A DNA stretch of 46,303 nucleotides from Alphaproteobacteria bacterium (GTDB lineage: Bacteria > Pseudomonadota > Alphaproteobacteria > RF32 > CAG-239). The translations under genes were made by a program, and so were the position numbers. Shown in pieces: positions 33,145 to 41,194 of the stretch (positions are counted from its first letter, which is position 1; each line of letters opens with the position of its first letter). Location of the stretch: NCBI GenBank assembly GCA_017621635.1, contig JAGASU010000039.1, positions 1 through 46,303 on the forward strand. Reading direction: 5' to 3'. The notes under the pieces are model-generated. The model was not told where the DNA came from, did not search any database, and worked only from the letters and a program-made list of their open reading frames with translations.

Positions 33145-33418
33145 CTTGTTTGTCTTTCGGTTTGAACATATTGAGCATACGGGCGGAAACATAAAAGCCG
33201 CCGAAAATATTGACTGAGGCAAAGAAAATGGCGGCGTATAATAAATAAGCTTCGTTTTGTGCGTGAATATTGTTCAGGGCTTGAAAGGCTCCTATGATAA
33301 CAATGCCTGAGATGGCGTTGGTGACACTCATTAAAGGTGAGTGCAGAACCGGCGTGACACTCCATATAGCAAAATAGCCGATAAAACAAGAAAGTATAAA
33401 AATATCTAATAAACACAT
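33137..33418 (-). CDS. pntA: NAD(P) transhydrogenase subunit alpha part 2 (membrane)
   Basis: 93 aa, 3 TM. The pattern FILSCFIGYFAIWSVTPVLHSPLMSVTNAISGIVIIGA is typical of PntAB. AAAGGAG SD. Confidence 0.85.
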   Translation of the reverse strand: MCLLDIFILSCFIGYFAIWSVTPVLHSPLMSVTNAISGIVIIGAFQALNNIHAQNEAYLLYAAIFFASVNIFGGFYVSARMLNMFKPKDKQDD

Positions 33419-33429
33419 AGGTAACTCCT

Positions 33430-34479
33430 TTATTGGCGCAGGTTATTCGGGTGTTCGTAAAACGGAGCCGGCGGGTGGGGAAATTGCGACGGGCGCGGCG
33501 TGTAAACCATTGGGGCGATGTAGTTTAGGCTTAAGTCAATTTGATTGTTTTCTTTGGAAATTAGCGAGATGAGATTATACATATTATTTGCCCAAAGGAC
33601 AGAAGCCGTATCTGGCGCTAACCGTTCAAAATACAGATTACGATGAAAATGATAATGCGGATTTTTAGCAAAATTGTCTTTAATCCCGATATTTTGAGTG
33701 GTTGTGTCAGTGACGACAGCCCCGTTTGCCAAGACATCAAGCTGTTCTGTGGTCATGACTTGGGGTGAATTGCCGTTTGGTGTGGCTGCGGCGGAAAGAA
33801 TAAAGTTTTTGCCGGTTAAGAGTTTGGTTAATTCTTCTTTATTATCGGCCATAGCAAAATCTGCGCCGACGGACTGAGCCAGTTCTTTGCTTTTTTCATT
33901 AATATCAACAATTGTGACGCGGCAGCCTTGGCGCTTGAAGACAGTTGCGGCTTGCAGGCCGGTAACACTGGTACCGATGATGAGGGTTGTGGCGGCTTTA
34001 ATGGAAGCGGCGGCAGTCATTAACTGCGGGGCAATACGCGGAGAGTGGTAGAGGGCGTATAAGGCGCCCATATAGCCGCGAATCGTGTTTTGAGCGCTTA
34101 ATATGTCTATACTTTGAGCGATAGACGTGCGCGGGACAAGTTCGAGACGGATAATGTTTAAGTCTTTGGGAATGTAGGTAAAAATGAAATTGCGAAAATC
34201 AGCGATTAGGGTTTGTTTGTCGGTTAAGAGTTCGATTTTTTGTTGTAAAGGCGGGAGAACTTGCAGGATAATTTGTGATTTTTTATAAATGATGTCAGGA
34301 TTTTCTATTAAACTTGCTTTGGCGTTAAGATAATCTTTGTCTGCAAAGCCTGCTTTCAGGCCGTATCCTTTTTCCAGCATAACAGAATGGCCGTCTGCTA
34401 TGAGCTGTTTTACGACGTCGGGTGTTAAGGATACGCGCGTTTCGGCGCTATCTTGTTCTTTTATTGAGCCTATGAGCAT
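33430..34479 (-). CDS. pntA: NAD(P) transhydrogenase subunit alpha part 1 (dI, AlaDH/PNT fold)
   Basis: E..ETRVSLTPDVVKQLIADGHSVMLEKGYG start. The Rossmann segment reads LIIGTSVTGLQAA (see findings). Confidence 0.85.
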   Translation of the reverse strand: MLIGSIKEQDSAETRVSLTPDVVKQLIADGHSVMLEKGYGLKAGFADKDYLNAKASLIENPDIIYKKSQIILQVLPPLQQKIELLTDKQTLIADFRNFIFTYIPKDLNIIRLELVPRTSIAQSIDILSAQNTIRGYMGALYALYHSPRIAPQLMTAAASIKAATTLIIGTSVTGLQAATVFKRQGCRVTIVDINEKSKELAQSVGADFAMADNKEELTKLLTGKNFILSAAATPNGNSPQVMTTEQLDVLANGAVVTDTTTQNIGIKDNFAKNPHYHFHRNLYFERLAPDTASVLWANNMYNLISLISKENNQIDLSLNYIAPMVYTPRPSQFPHPPAPFYEHPNNLRQ

Positions 34480-34548
34480 AAAAAAACCTTTTTTTAAGTT
34501 TTATATTTATATGATACCTGAGATATAAACAGCAAAAGAAGAATATCA

Positions 34549-35082
34549 ATGTCAGAATATCGGAAAATTTTTGTATCGTTTTTTAAAATCGGCTTGTTTA
34601 CGTTTGGCGGCGGTTATGCAATGATGCCGTTGTTTCGACAAGAGCTGATTGATAAACATAAATATATCACGGAAAACGAACTGATTGACTATTACTCTAT
34701 CGGACAATGCACGCCGGGGGTGATTGCCGTTAATGTGGCGACGTTTACGGGATATAAAATTAAAGGTGTTGCGGGGGCGGCGGTTGCAACATTGGCAATA
34801 GTTTTACCGTCTTTGGTGATTATTATGGCGCTTGCGGGGATTTTGCAGGCGTTATCAGATAATCAGATTGTGTCGCACGCGTTTGCCGGTATCCGGATAG
34901 GTGTGATTGCGCTTGTTTTGAATGAAGTCATTCATTTATTTAAAAAAGCAGTGTCTTCACGGCTGCAGTTAGGAATTTTTATGCTTATTCTGGCGGTATT
35001 GCTGTTAGGCAATGTTTCGGCGATTATGGCCGTGATGATGGCGGCCGGTGTCGGCGGGGTGCGGTTTATGAGGTTGAAATGA
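34549..35082 (+). CDS. chrA: Short-chain chromate-transporter (CHR) family protein, first of a pair
   Basis: FFKIGLFTFGGGYAMMPLFRQELIDKHKYITENELIDYYSIGQCTPGVIAVN is the CHR signature. Confidence 0.85.
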   Translation: MSEYRKIFVSFFKIGLFTFGGGYAMMPLFRQELIDKHKYITENELIDYYSIGQCTPGVIAVNVATFTGYKIKGVAGAAVATLAIVLPSLVIIMALAGILQALSDNQIVSHAFAGIRIGVIALVLNEVIHLFKKAVSSRLQLGIFMLILAVLLLGNVSAIMAVMMAAGVGGVRFMRLK

Positions 35083-35597
35083 TATACGCAATATTGTTTT
35101 ATGAGTTTTTCAAAATCGGACTATTCGCCATTGGCGGCGGAATGGTGACGATTCCGTTTTTGTTTGATTTAACCAAAAGGTTTGATTGGTTTACGGCCGA
35201 AGAACTGACAAATATGATTGCGGTGTCGCAGTCTACTCCGGGGCCGGTCGGGGTTAATATGGCAACATACGCCGGCTTTCAGGCGGCAGGCGTCGGCGGG
35301 GGAATTATGGCAACGTTCGGGCTTGTTGTTCCGTCAGTGATTATTGTGATTATGGTATCAAAGCTTTTGAGGCGTTGTGCAGAAAACAGATTATTGGGTG
35401 AGGTTATGGCGGCTATCAGGCCGGCGGTGGCGGCGTTGATTTTGCAGGCAGGTTTTGAGCTGTTTAAATTATCAGTGAAAGATTATTACGCGGGAGCTTT
35501 TGCCGCGGCGTTTTTTGCGTTAGTTTATTTTTATAAAAAAAGCCCGATATTTTACATTATTTTGGCGGCAGTTTTAGGAATTATATTTAAATTGTGA
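35079..35597 (+). CDS. chrA: Short-chain chromate-transporter (CHR) family protein, second of a pair
   Basis: FFKIGLFAIGGGMVTIPFLFDL...MIAVSQSTPGPVGVN. It overlaps the first gene by ATGA. Confidence 0.85.
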   Translation: MIYAILFYEFFKIGLFAIGGGMVTIPFLFDLTKRFDWFTAEELTNMIAVSQSTPGPVGVNMATYAGFQAAGVGGGIMATFGLVVPSVIIVIMVSKLLRRCAENRLLGEVMAAIRPAVAALILQAGFELFKLSVKDYYAGAFAAAFFALVYFYKKSPIFYIILAAVLGIIFKL

Positions 35598-35660
35598 TGT
35601 CATAAACGCTTGCTATTTAAAATTTTTTTGCTATAAAAGGGTAAATTTTAATATCAGGTT

Positions 35661-35692
35661 ATGCCTTTTAGAGAGCTTAAAAGGCATTTTTT
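35661..35692 (+). terminator. Hairpin plus T-run: chrA-pair terminator and/or typA leader attenuator
   Basis: 10-bp stem ATGCCTTTTA / TAAAAGGCAT, 7-nt loop, T5. It lies 17 nt before the typA ATG and downstream of a promoter-like TTGCTA, 16-nt spacer, TATAAA (35610-35637). Confidence 0.5.
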
Positions 35693-35708
35693 AAGGAACA
35701 AACAGAAA

Positions 35709-37523
35709 ATGAGTATCAGAAATATTGCCATTATTGCCCACGTTGACCACGGCAAAACAACATTGGTAGACGGCCTTTTGCGCCAAAGCGGAACATTCAG
35801 GGATAACCAAAAGGTTGAAACCTGCGTGATGGACAGCAATGATTTGGAACGCGAACGCGGTATTACCATTCTTTCAAAATGTACGTCGGTTGAGTGGAAC
35901 GGGACGAATATCAATATTGTGGATACTCCCGGACACGCGGATTTCGGTGGTGAGGTTGAGCGTATTCTCTCTATGGTTGACGGTGTGGTCTTGTTGGTTG
36001 ATTCTTCGGAAGGGCCGATGCCGCAAACGAAGTTTGTGCTGGGCAAGGCTTTGAAAATCGGGTTAAAACCGATTGTTGTTATCAATAAAGCAGATAAGCC
36101 TGATGCCAGACCCGATGAAGTGCTGGATGAAATTTTTGATTTGTTTGTCAGCCTTGACGCGAACGATGAACAGCTTGATTTTCCGGTGTTGTATGCTTCG
36201 GGGCGTAACGGTTGGGCGGTTAAAGAATTAAGCGATGAGAAAAAAGATTTGCGCCCGTTGTTTGAGCTGATTTTATCGTATGTTCCCGAGCCTGTTTGTG
36301 AAAAAGACAAGCCGTTTTCAATGTTGGCGACAACGTTGGAAGCAGATAAATTTGTCGGCCGTATTTTAACCGGTAAGATTCACAGTGGGACGTTGAAAGT
36401 TAATGACGCGGTTAAAGTTATCAATAAAGACGGCGAGATTGAGCGCACCCGTATTACCAAGATTATGGCATACAAAGGGCTTGAACGTGTGGCTTTGAAT
36501 GAAGCCAAGGCCGGTGATATTGTGGCTGTGGCCGGTGTGGTTAAAGGGACTGTGGCTGACACGATTTGTGCTATGGATGTGACCGAGGCAATTGAGGCGC
36601 AGCCGATTGATCCGCCGACATTGTCGATGACATTTTCTGTTAACGACTCGCCTTTGGCCGGCCGTGAAGGGGATAAAGTTACTTCCCGTATGATTTGGGA
36701 CAGATTGCAGAAAGAAGCTGAATGCAATATTGCTTTGAAAATTTCCCGTTCGGAAACTGCCGAATCGTTTGAAGTGGCGGGACGCGGCGAGTTGCAGCTC
36801 GGTGTTTTGATTGAAACGATGCGCCGTGAAGGGTTTGAGCTTTCGATTTCCCGTCCGCGCGTGTTATTGCACAAAGACGAAAACGGCAATATGCTTGAGC
36901 CGATTGAAGAAGTTGTGGTGGATGTTGATGATGAGTTTTCAGGAACGGTGGTTGAGAAGTTAAGCCAACGCAAAGCCGAACTTTTAGAGATGATTCCGTC
37001 GCAAATCGGCAATAAAACCCGTTTGATTTTCCATGCGCCGGCACGAGGATTGATTGGCTATCACTCAGACTTTTTAACCGATACGCGCGGAACCGGTATT
37101 ATGAACCGTGTATTTTACGGGTATGAGCCTTATAAAGGCGAGATTGAGAGCCATCGTAACGGTGTGCTGATTTCCAGCGAAGCCGGAACGGCGATTGCTT
37201 ATTCGTTGTGGAAACTACAAGACCGCGGTCCGATGTTTATTGAACACAACAGTCCGGTTTATGTGGGAATGATTATCGGCGAACATACCAAGTCTAACGA
37301 TTTGGAAGTTAATCCGACAAAATCCAAGCAATTAACGAATATCCGTGCTGCGGGTAAAGATGAGGCGATTGATTTGATTCCGCCGCGGAAGTTGTCGCTT
37401 GAACAAGCTTTGTCTTACATTCAGCAAGATGAACTTTTGGAAGTTACGCCGAAGTCACTTCGTTTGCGCAAAAAGATATTAGATCCGATTTTGCGTAAGC
37501 GTTCGAAAAATGAGGCTATGTAG
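35709..37523 (+). CDS. typA: Translational GTPase TypA/BipA
   Basis: Trimmed to the ATG at 35709. IRNIAIIAHVDHGKTTLVD, DTPGHADFGGEVER and NKADK GTPase motifs. Length and C-terminal domain are typical of BipA. Confidence 0.95.
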   Translation: MSIRNIAIIAHVDHGKTTLVDGLLRQSGTFRDNQKVETCVMDSNDLERERGITILSKCTSVEWNGTNINIVDTPGHADFGGEVERILSMVDGVVLLVDSSEGPMPQTKFVLGKALKIGLKPIVVINKADKPDARPDEVLDEIFDLFVSLDANDEQLDFPVLYASGRNGWAVKELSDEKKDLRPLFELILSYVPEPVCEKDKPFSMLATTLEADKFVGRILTGKIHSGTLKVNDAVKVINKDGEIERTRITKIMAYKGLERVALNEAKAGDIVAVAGVVKGTVADTICAMDVTEAIEAQPIDPPTLSMTFSVNDSPLAGREGDKVTSRMIWDRLQKEAECNIALKISRSETAESFEVAGRGELQLGVLIETMRREGFELSISRPRVLLHKDENGNMLEPIEEVVVDVDDEFSGTVVEKLSQRKAELLEMIPSQIGNKTRLIFHAPARGLIGYHSDFLTDTRGTGIMNRVFYGYEPYKGEIESHRNGVLISSEAGTAIAYSLWKLQDRGPMFIEHNSPVYVGMIIGEHTKSNDLEVNPTKSKQLTNIRAAGKDEAIDLIPPRKLSLEQALSYIQQDELLEVTPKSLRLRKKILDPILRKRSKNEAM

Positions 37524-37528
37524 CTTAT

Positions 37529-37561
37529 AAAAAAAGCGCCCGAGAAATCGGGCGTTTTTTT
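37529..37561. terminator. Bidirectional rho-independent terminator
   Basis: Stem CGCCCGA / TCGGGCG with a GAAA tetraloop, flanked by an A7 run and a T7 run. It lies between convergent typA and gene 37561..38055. Confidence 0.8.
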
Positions 37562-38055
37562 CATAGATGATACAACGGAGCGTCTTGCAACTTTTGAATA
37601 AAAGCGGTTGCCCGGTTGCGTTGTTTGTGTGTCAGTTCGGTGTCATTTTGCACTAAAGTACTGAACTTGGTGAGTTCGTCTTTGTTTATTAAAATGGTGT
37701 TTTGCGTAAAATTTTTCCAATTTTGCCAGCTGGCATTTTTGAGTAATTGGAAAAATTTGTCAGCATTAAAGACAAACTTAAAGCTGCCTTTGGTGATTCT
37801 TAAGCACTCGGTGTGAGGAGTGTCATTGCAGAATAAAAAATACTCCTCAAAGATGTCTCGGCCATATAAGCAGTAGAGAGTGTACTTTTGATGCGGAGCA
37901 AATTTTCTTTTGCCTTCGTAATTTTCGCCGATAACCTTTCCTTGATGCGGGTCAGGCACAGCGACACATTCCAGTTTTAAGGGAGCATATGTCCGTCTTA
38001 AAAATACTCGTTCAAAACCATAAGTTTTGATAAGTGCATTGATAATTGTTTTCAT
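37561..38055 (-). CDS. Hypothetical protein (164 aa)
   Basis: Clean ORF bounded by a terminator and a divergent promoter region. No recognisable motif. Confidence 0.5.
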   Translation of the reverse strand: MKTIINALIKTYGFERVFLRRTYAPLKLECVAVPDPHQGKVIGENYEGKRKFAPHQKYTLYCLYGRDIFEEYFLFCNDTPHTECLRITKGSFKFVFNADKFFQLLKNASWQNWKNFTQNTILINKDELTKFSTLVQNDTELTHKQRNRATAFIQKLQDAPLYHL

Positions 38056-38193
38056 AAGGTGTTTATTAATAATTGGTTTTCATTTTAGATGATAAAGATT
38101 TTTGTTTTAAAATCAATATTTATTTTAGAATATCGGGGTGGGTTTAAAGCATATGAAGAATGCTTATATTGTGGCGTATCAGATGGAGGAGAT

Positions 38194-38856
38194 ATGTTTG
38201 ATATTGTAGAAGAAAAGAAAGAACCGAGTTTTTTGAGTCGTTCCATAAAGGATTTTTGGGCGTTTTGGACAAGCCCGACGGGGGCGTTTATTTTGGCGGT
38301 ATCAGCGATTGCACTGGGGTATTATCAATTTTATATCAGCCGGCCGATTTTGCGGTATGAAACGAATATGGTCAAGCTTATTTCTTCAAGCAACAACAAT
38401 GAGTATGCGGTAGATGTACACGGGAAAAAGTATAAAGATTTGTATATGACGAAAGTGTATTTGTATAACCAAGGGGAACAGGCGCTTTCGGGGGCAGATG
38501 TGTCGCATATCGGGCATGATCCTATCCGGATTGAAATTCCCGAAGATGCGAAAATGCAACATTTTAACCTTGATAATGATGAAACGACCAGTGCAATTTC
38601 GGCAAAAGTTGTGCCGTATGGTGAGAATTTGGTTTTAAATTTTGACTTTTTAAATCCTGATTATCAGTATGTGGTTAATATTTTGCACGAAAATCCGACT
38701 GATGAAATTAAGGTGGCGGGGAGTGCTTTGAATGTTAATAAAATTACACGGGCAATCAGTGACAGAGAGCTTAAAACCTGGCTTATTTGGGGGTTGGGGG
38801 CGTTATATTTACTCTTAATAATTCGCTATGTGATGAAAAAGCTTGTCAAACATTAA
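38194..38856 (+). CDS. Hypothetical membrane protein: TM helix, beta-rich domain of about 150 aa, TM helix
   Basis: Trimmed to the ATG at 38194 (GGAGGA SD). The N-terminal TM is GAFILAVSAIALGYYQFYI and the C-terminal TM is WLIWGLGALYLLLIIRYVM. Confidence 0.5.
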   Translation: MFDIVEEKKEPSFLSRSIKDFWAFWTSPTGAFILAVSAIALGYYQFYISRPILRYETNMVKLISSSNNNEYAVDVHGKKYKDLYMTKVYLYNQGEQALSGADVSHIGHDPIRIEIPEDAKMQHFNLDNDETTSAISAKVVPYGENLVLNFDFLNPDYQYVVNILHENPTDEIKVAGSALNVNKITRAISDRELKTWLIWGLGALYLLLIIRYVMKKLVKH

Positions 38857-38921
38857 AACTATTTTAAGCAGTTTTCTTTATAAAATAAGCGAACGGTTTA
38901 ACTTTTTTGAAGGGTAAATTA

Positions 38922-39563
38922 ATGAAAAAATCTTTTATTTGCAGTTTATTGGCGGTTTCTTTGTTGAGTGCATGTGCAACTGATCCGTATACGGGAGAAA
39001 GCAGAGTTTCCAAGACCGCATGGGGAACAGGAATTGGTGCCGCGGCGGGAGCCGGTATCGGGGCTTTGGCCGGCGGTAAGAAAGGGGCATTGATTGGCGC
39101 GGGTATCGGTGCGGCAGCGGGTGCCGGAACAGGGGCTTATATGGATATTCAGGCGCGCAAGTTGCGGCAGGAATTGTTGAATACCGGTGTTCAGGTGCAG
39201 GAAGCAAACGGACAGATTTATTTGATTATGCCGGGGAATATTACATTTGACAGCAATGACGCTAATATTAAGCCGGCGTTTCAACCGGTGTTAAACTCTA
39301 TTGCCAAGGTGATTAAAGAATATAACAAAACGATGGTTCAGGTTAACGGCTATACGGATAGCACCGGAAGTGCTGCAACAAATAACTCTTTGTCAATGAT
39401 GCGTGCAAATTCAATTTCAAATTATTTGAGATTGCAAGGTGTTGACGGGAACAGAATCGTTTCTAACGGCTATGGTTCTTCTAATCCGATTGCCTCTAAC
39501 GCGACAGCAGCGGGAAGAGAACAGAACCGCAGAGTTGAGATTGTACTGATTAACAGACAATAG
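38922..39563 (+). CDS. yiaD: OmpA-family lipoprotein with glycine-zipper segment (YiaD-like)
   Basis: Lipobox LLSAC. The glycine zipper GIGAAAGAGIGALAGGKKGALIGAGIGAAAGAGTGAYMD and the OmpA_C block NGYTDSTGS...NNSLSMMRANS...NRRVEIVL align closely by eye with E. coli YiaD. Confidence 0.85.
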   Translation: MKKSFICSLLAVSLLSACATDPYTGESRVSKTAWGTGIGAAAGAGIGALAGGKKGALIGAGIGAAAGAGTGAYMDIQARKLRQELLNTGVQVQEANGQIYLIMPGNITFDSNDANIKPAFQPVLNSIAKVIKEYNKTMVQVNGYTDSTGSAATNNSLSMMRANSISNYLRLQGVDGNRIVSNGYGSSNPIASNATAAGREQNRRVEIVLINRQ

Positions 39564-39583
39564 GCTGAGGAACATATTTTCAG

Positions 39584-39610
39584 AAAGCCGCTGTTTACAG
39601 CGGCTTTTTT
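39584..39610 (+). terminator. Rho-independent terminator after yiaD
   Basis: Stem AAAGCCGCTG / CAGCGGCTTT, loop TTTA, then a T-run. Confidence 0.8.
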
Positions 39611-39628
39611 GTGTGTATTGCGTAATTT

Positions 39629-39735
39629 AAACGTTCCTATTTTTTCAGCAACCGGCTCTTTGAGAAAAATGTGCAAAAACAATAAGAAAAACTAGCGCAA
39701 AATTAAAAAAAACTGCATAAAAAATAGGAACGTTT
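39629..39735. repeat. Perfect 17-bp inverted repeat enclosing 73 bp
   Basis: AAACGTTCCTATTTTTT (39629-39645) is the exact reverse complement of AAAAAATAGGAACGTTT (39719-39735). Each arm contains the palindrome AACGTT, and both copies are followed on the plus strand by a T-run and CAGCA. Confidence 0.6.
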
Positions 39736-39760
39736 TTTTTCAGCAGTTCGGAGACTAAGT

Positions 39761-41194
39761 GTGTTATTAAGAAAAATACGGCTGGCATATATATTTGAAT
39801 TGGTTTTATTGGCGGGAGGGAGCTTTTTTTTATTATATTGTTTTGCTTTTTACCGCGGGGTTACATGGGATGAAAGAGAGCATACTTATGCTTCTTTTAT
39901 GTTTTTTAAGGGGTTTTTGCCGTATAAAGATTTTTTTGAGCATCATCATCCTTTGTTATGGTTTTTGTTTTATCCCGTATTTTTTATTTTTCATAACAGC
40001 GAATATATTTGGTATGCATTAAGAGCGGTTATGCTTTTGATTTTGGCGGTGGACTGCGTTTTTATCAGTAAAATTTGCCGATTACTTTCTTCTGACAAAT
40101 TATTTTCGAGGGTAGCGGTTTTGTTTTTTTTATGTTCGGAATGTATACTTCATAGCGGGAGCGAGTTTCGTCCGGATAATTTGATGTTAATGTTTGGCGT
40201 GGCGGGAATTTATTATTGGCTTTGTTTTGTGAAATACGGGTGGCAAGCGGCGCTTAATTTGTCCTTTTTGATGTTTTTTTTGAGCTTCTTGGCTTTGCAA
40301 AAAGCGGTTATGATTATTTTACCGGTGGCGTTCGTCAGCTTGTTTTTGGTGAGTCGAGGTAAGATGTCTTGGCAAGCTGTCGGCAAGGCATTTATTTTAC
40401 CTGTCTTTTTTACGATATGTTTTGTCGGGTTTTGGTATTATACGGGGGCTTTGAGGGACTATTTCGAGCTTAATTTTGTTCTTAATTTAATGCAGCGGTT
40501 TGAATTTTCTTTTGAGATATATGATACGCTTTATTGCTGGTTTGGTGTTGGTGGCGCTGTCGGAATATTGTTTTTTTGTCGGGATGTTTTGCTTAAGGTG
40601 CTGGCAGTTTTATGTTTGGTGACGTTTTTTTTGCTGCAGATTGTTTTTTATACGCCGTGGATTCAATATTGGTTGCCGGTATATCCTTATTTTGCGATTA
40701 TTTGTGCTTTTTGGGCGTTGAAATGGCAAAGTATAATTATCCGTTTTGTTATTTTAAGTGTCTGGTTGGGGGCGTGTATCTTTTTTTGGGGCAATAAGGC
40801 TCAGGAAATTCGTTCTTTTACGCCGATGAAGCATATGGTGTTGCTGTCGTCAGAAATCTTAAAAATTGTTGATGAAGATGAATTTATTATCGGTAATAAC
40901 GAAACACTTGGCGGATTACGCTTTGAAGCTATGGGGTATTATTGGTTTGAGCGGGGATATACGGCGCTTTTAGATCACCGGCAGTTTCATCGGCGGGAAT
41001 GGCCGGATAAAGAAAAAGTGATTAAGGCCAGAAAACCAAAAGTTATCGCTAAAAATAATCAAAGAGTTTGCTTGAGGGAAGATAATTTAGCTTTCTCGTT
41101 TGATCATTGCTATGAAACGGAAAATTTGTTTTATCAGAATTTTTTAGACGAACATTATTATGATCGGGGTTTTGTTTATGCTCGGAAAAATTAG
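39761..41194 (+). CDS. Polytopic GT-C-type glycosyltransferase (ArnT/PMT_2-like)
   Basis: 477 aa with about 11 hydrophobic segments. The first loop carries an acidic motif (TWDEREHTYASFMFFKGFLPYKDFFEHHHP) typical of GT39/GT83-like enzymes. GTG start. Confidence 0.65.
   Translation: MLLRKIRLAYIFELVLLAGGSFFLLYCFAFYRGVTWDEREHTYASFMFFKGFLPYKDFFEHHHPLLWFLFYPVFFIFHNSEYIWYALRAVMLLILAVDCVFISKICRLLSSDKLFSRVAVLFFLCSECILHSGSEFRPDNLMLMFGVAGIYYWLCFVKYGWQAALNLSFLMFFLSFLALQKAVMIILPVAFVSLFLVSRGKMSWQAVGKAFILPVFFTICFVGFWYYTGALRDYFELNFVLNLMQRFEFSFEIYDTLYCWFGVGGAVGILFFCRDVLLKVLAVLCLVTFFLLQIVFYTPWIQYWLPVYPYFAIICAFWALKWQSIIIRFVILSVWLGACIFFWGNKAQEIRSFTPMKHMVLLSSEILKIVDEDEFIIGNNETLGGLRFEAMGYYWFERGYTALLDHRQFHRREWPDKEKVIKARKPKVIAKNNQRVCLREDNLAFSFDHCYETENLFYQNFLDEHYYDRGFVYARKN

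Noticed and set aside
33141-33416. Second 91-aa ORF almost coextensive with pntAB in another frame
   Set aside because: The 33137..33418 frame gives the canonical 3-TM PntAB sequence. The other frame is Arg/Cys/His-rich with no features.
34549-35597. Possibility that the two ~175-aa ChrA ORFs are a frameshifted pseudogene
   Set aside because: Each ORF contains a complete CHR-domain signature with its own start. They overlap by ATGA as coupled genes. Paired short-chain CHR genes are a known natural arrangement.
35654-37012. Two long antisense ORFs (35654..36310, 218 aa; 36380..37012, 210 aa; also 36679..37044) opposite typA
   Set aside because: They lie entirely inside the unambiguous TypA/BipA gene. 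Their products are low-complexity and Ser/Thr/Pro-rich with no SD or motifs. Long antisense ORFs of this kind are typical shadows of a strongly codon-biased gene.
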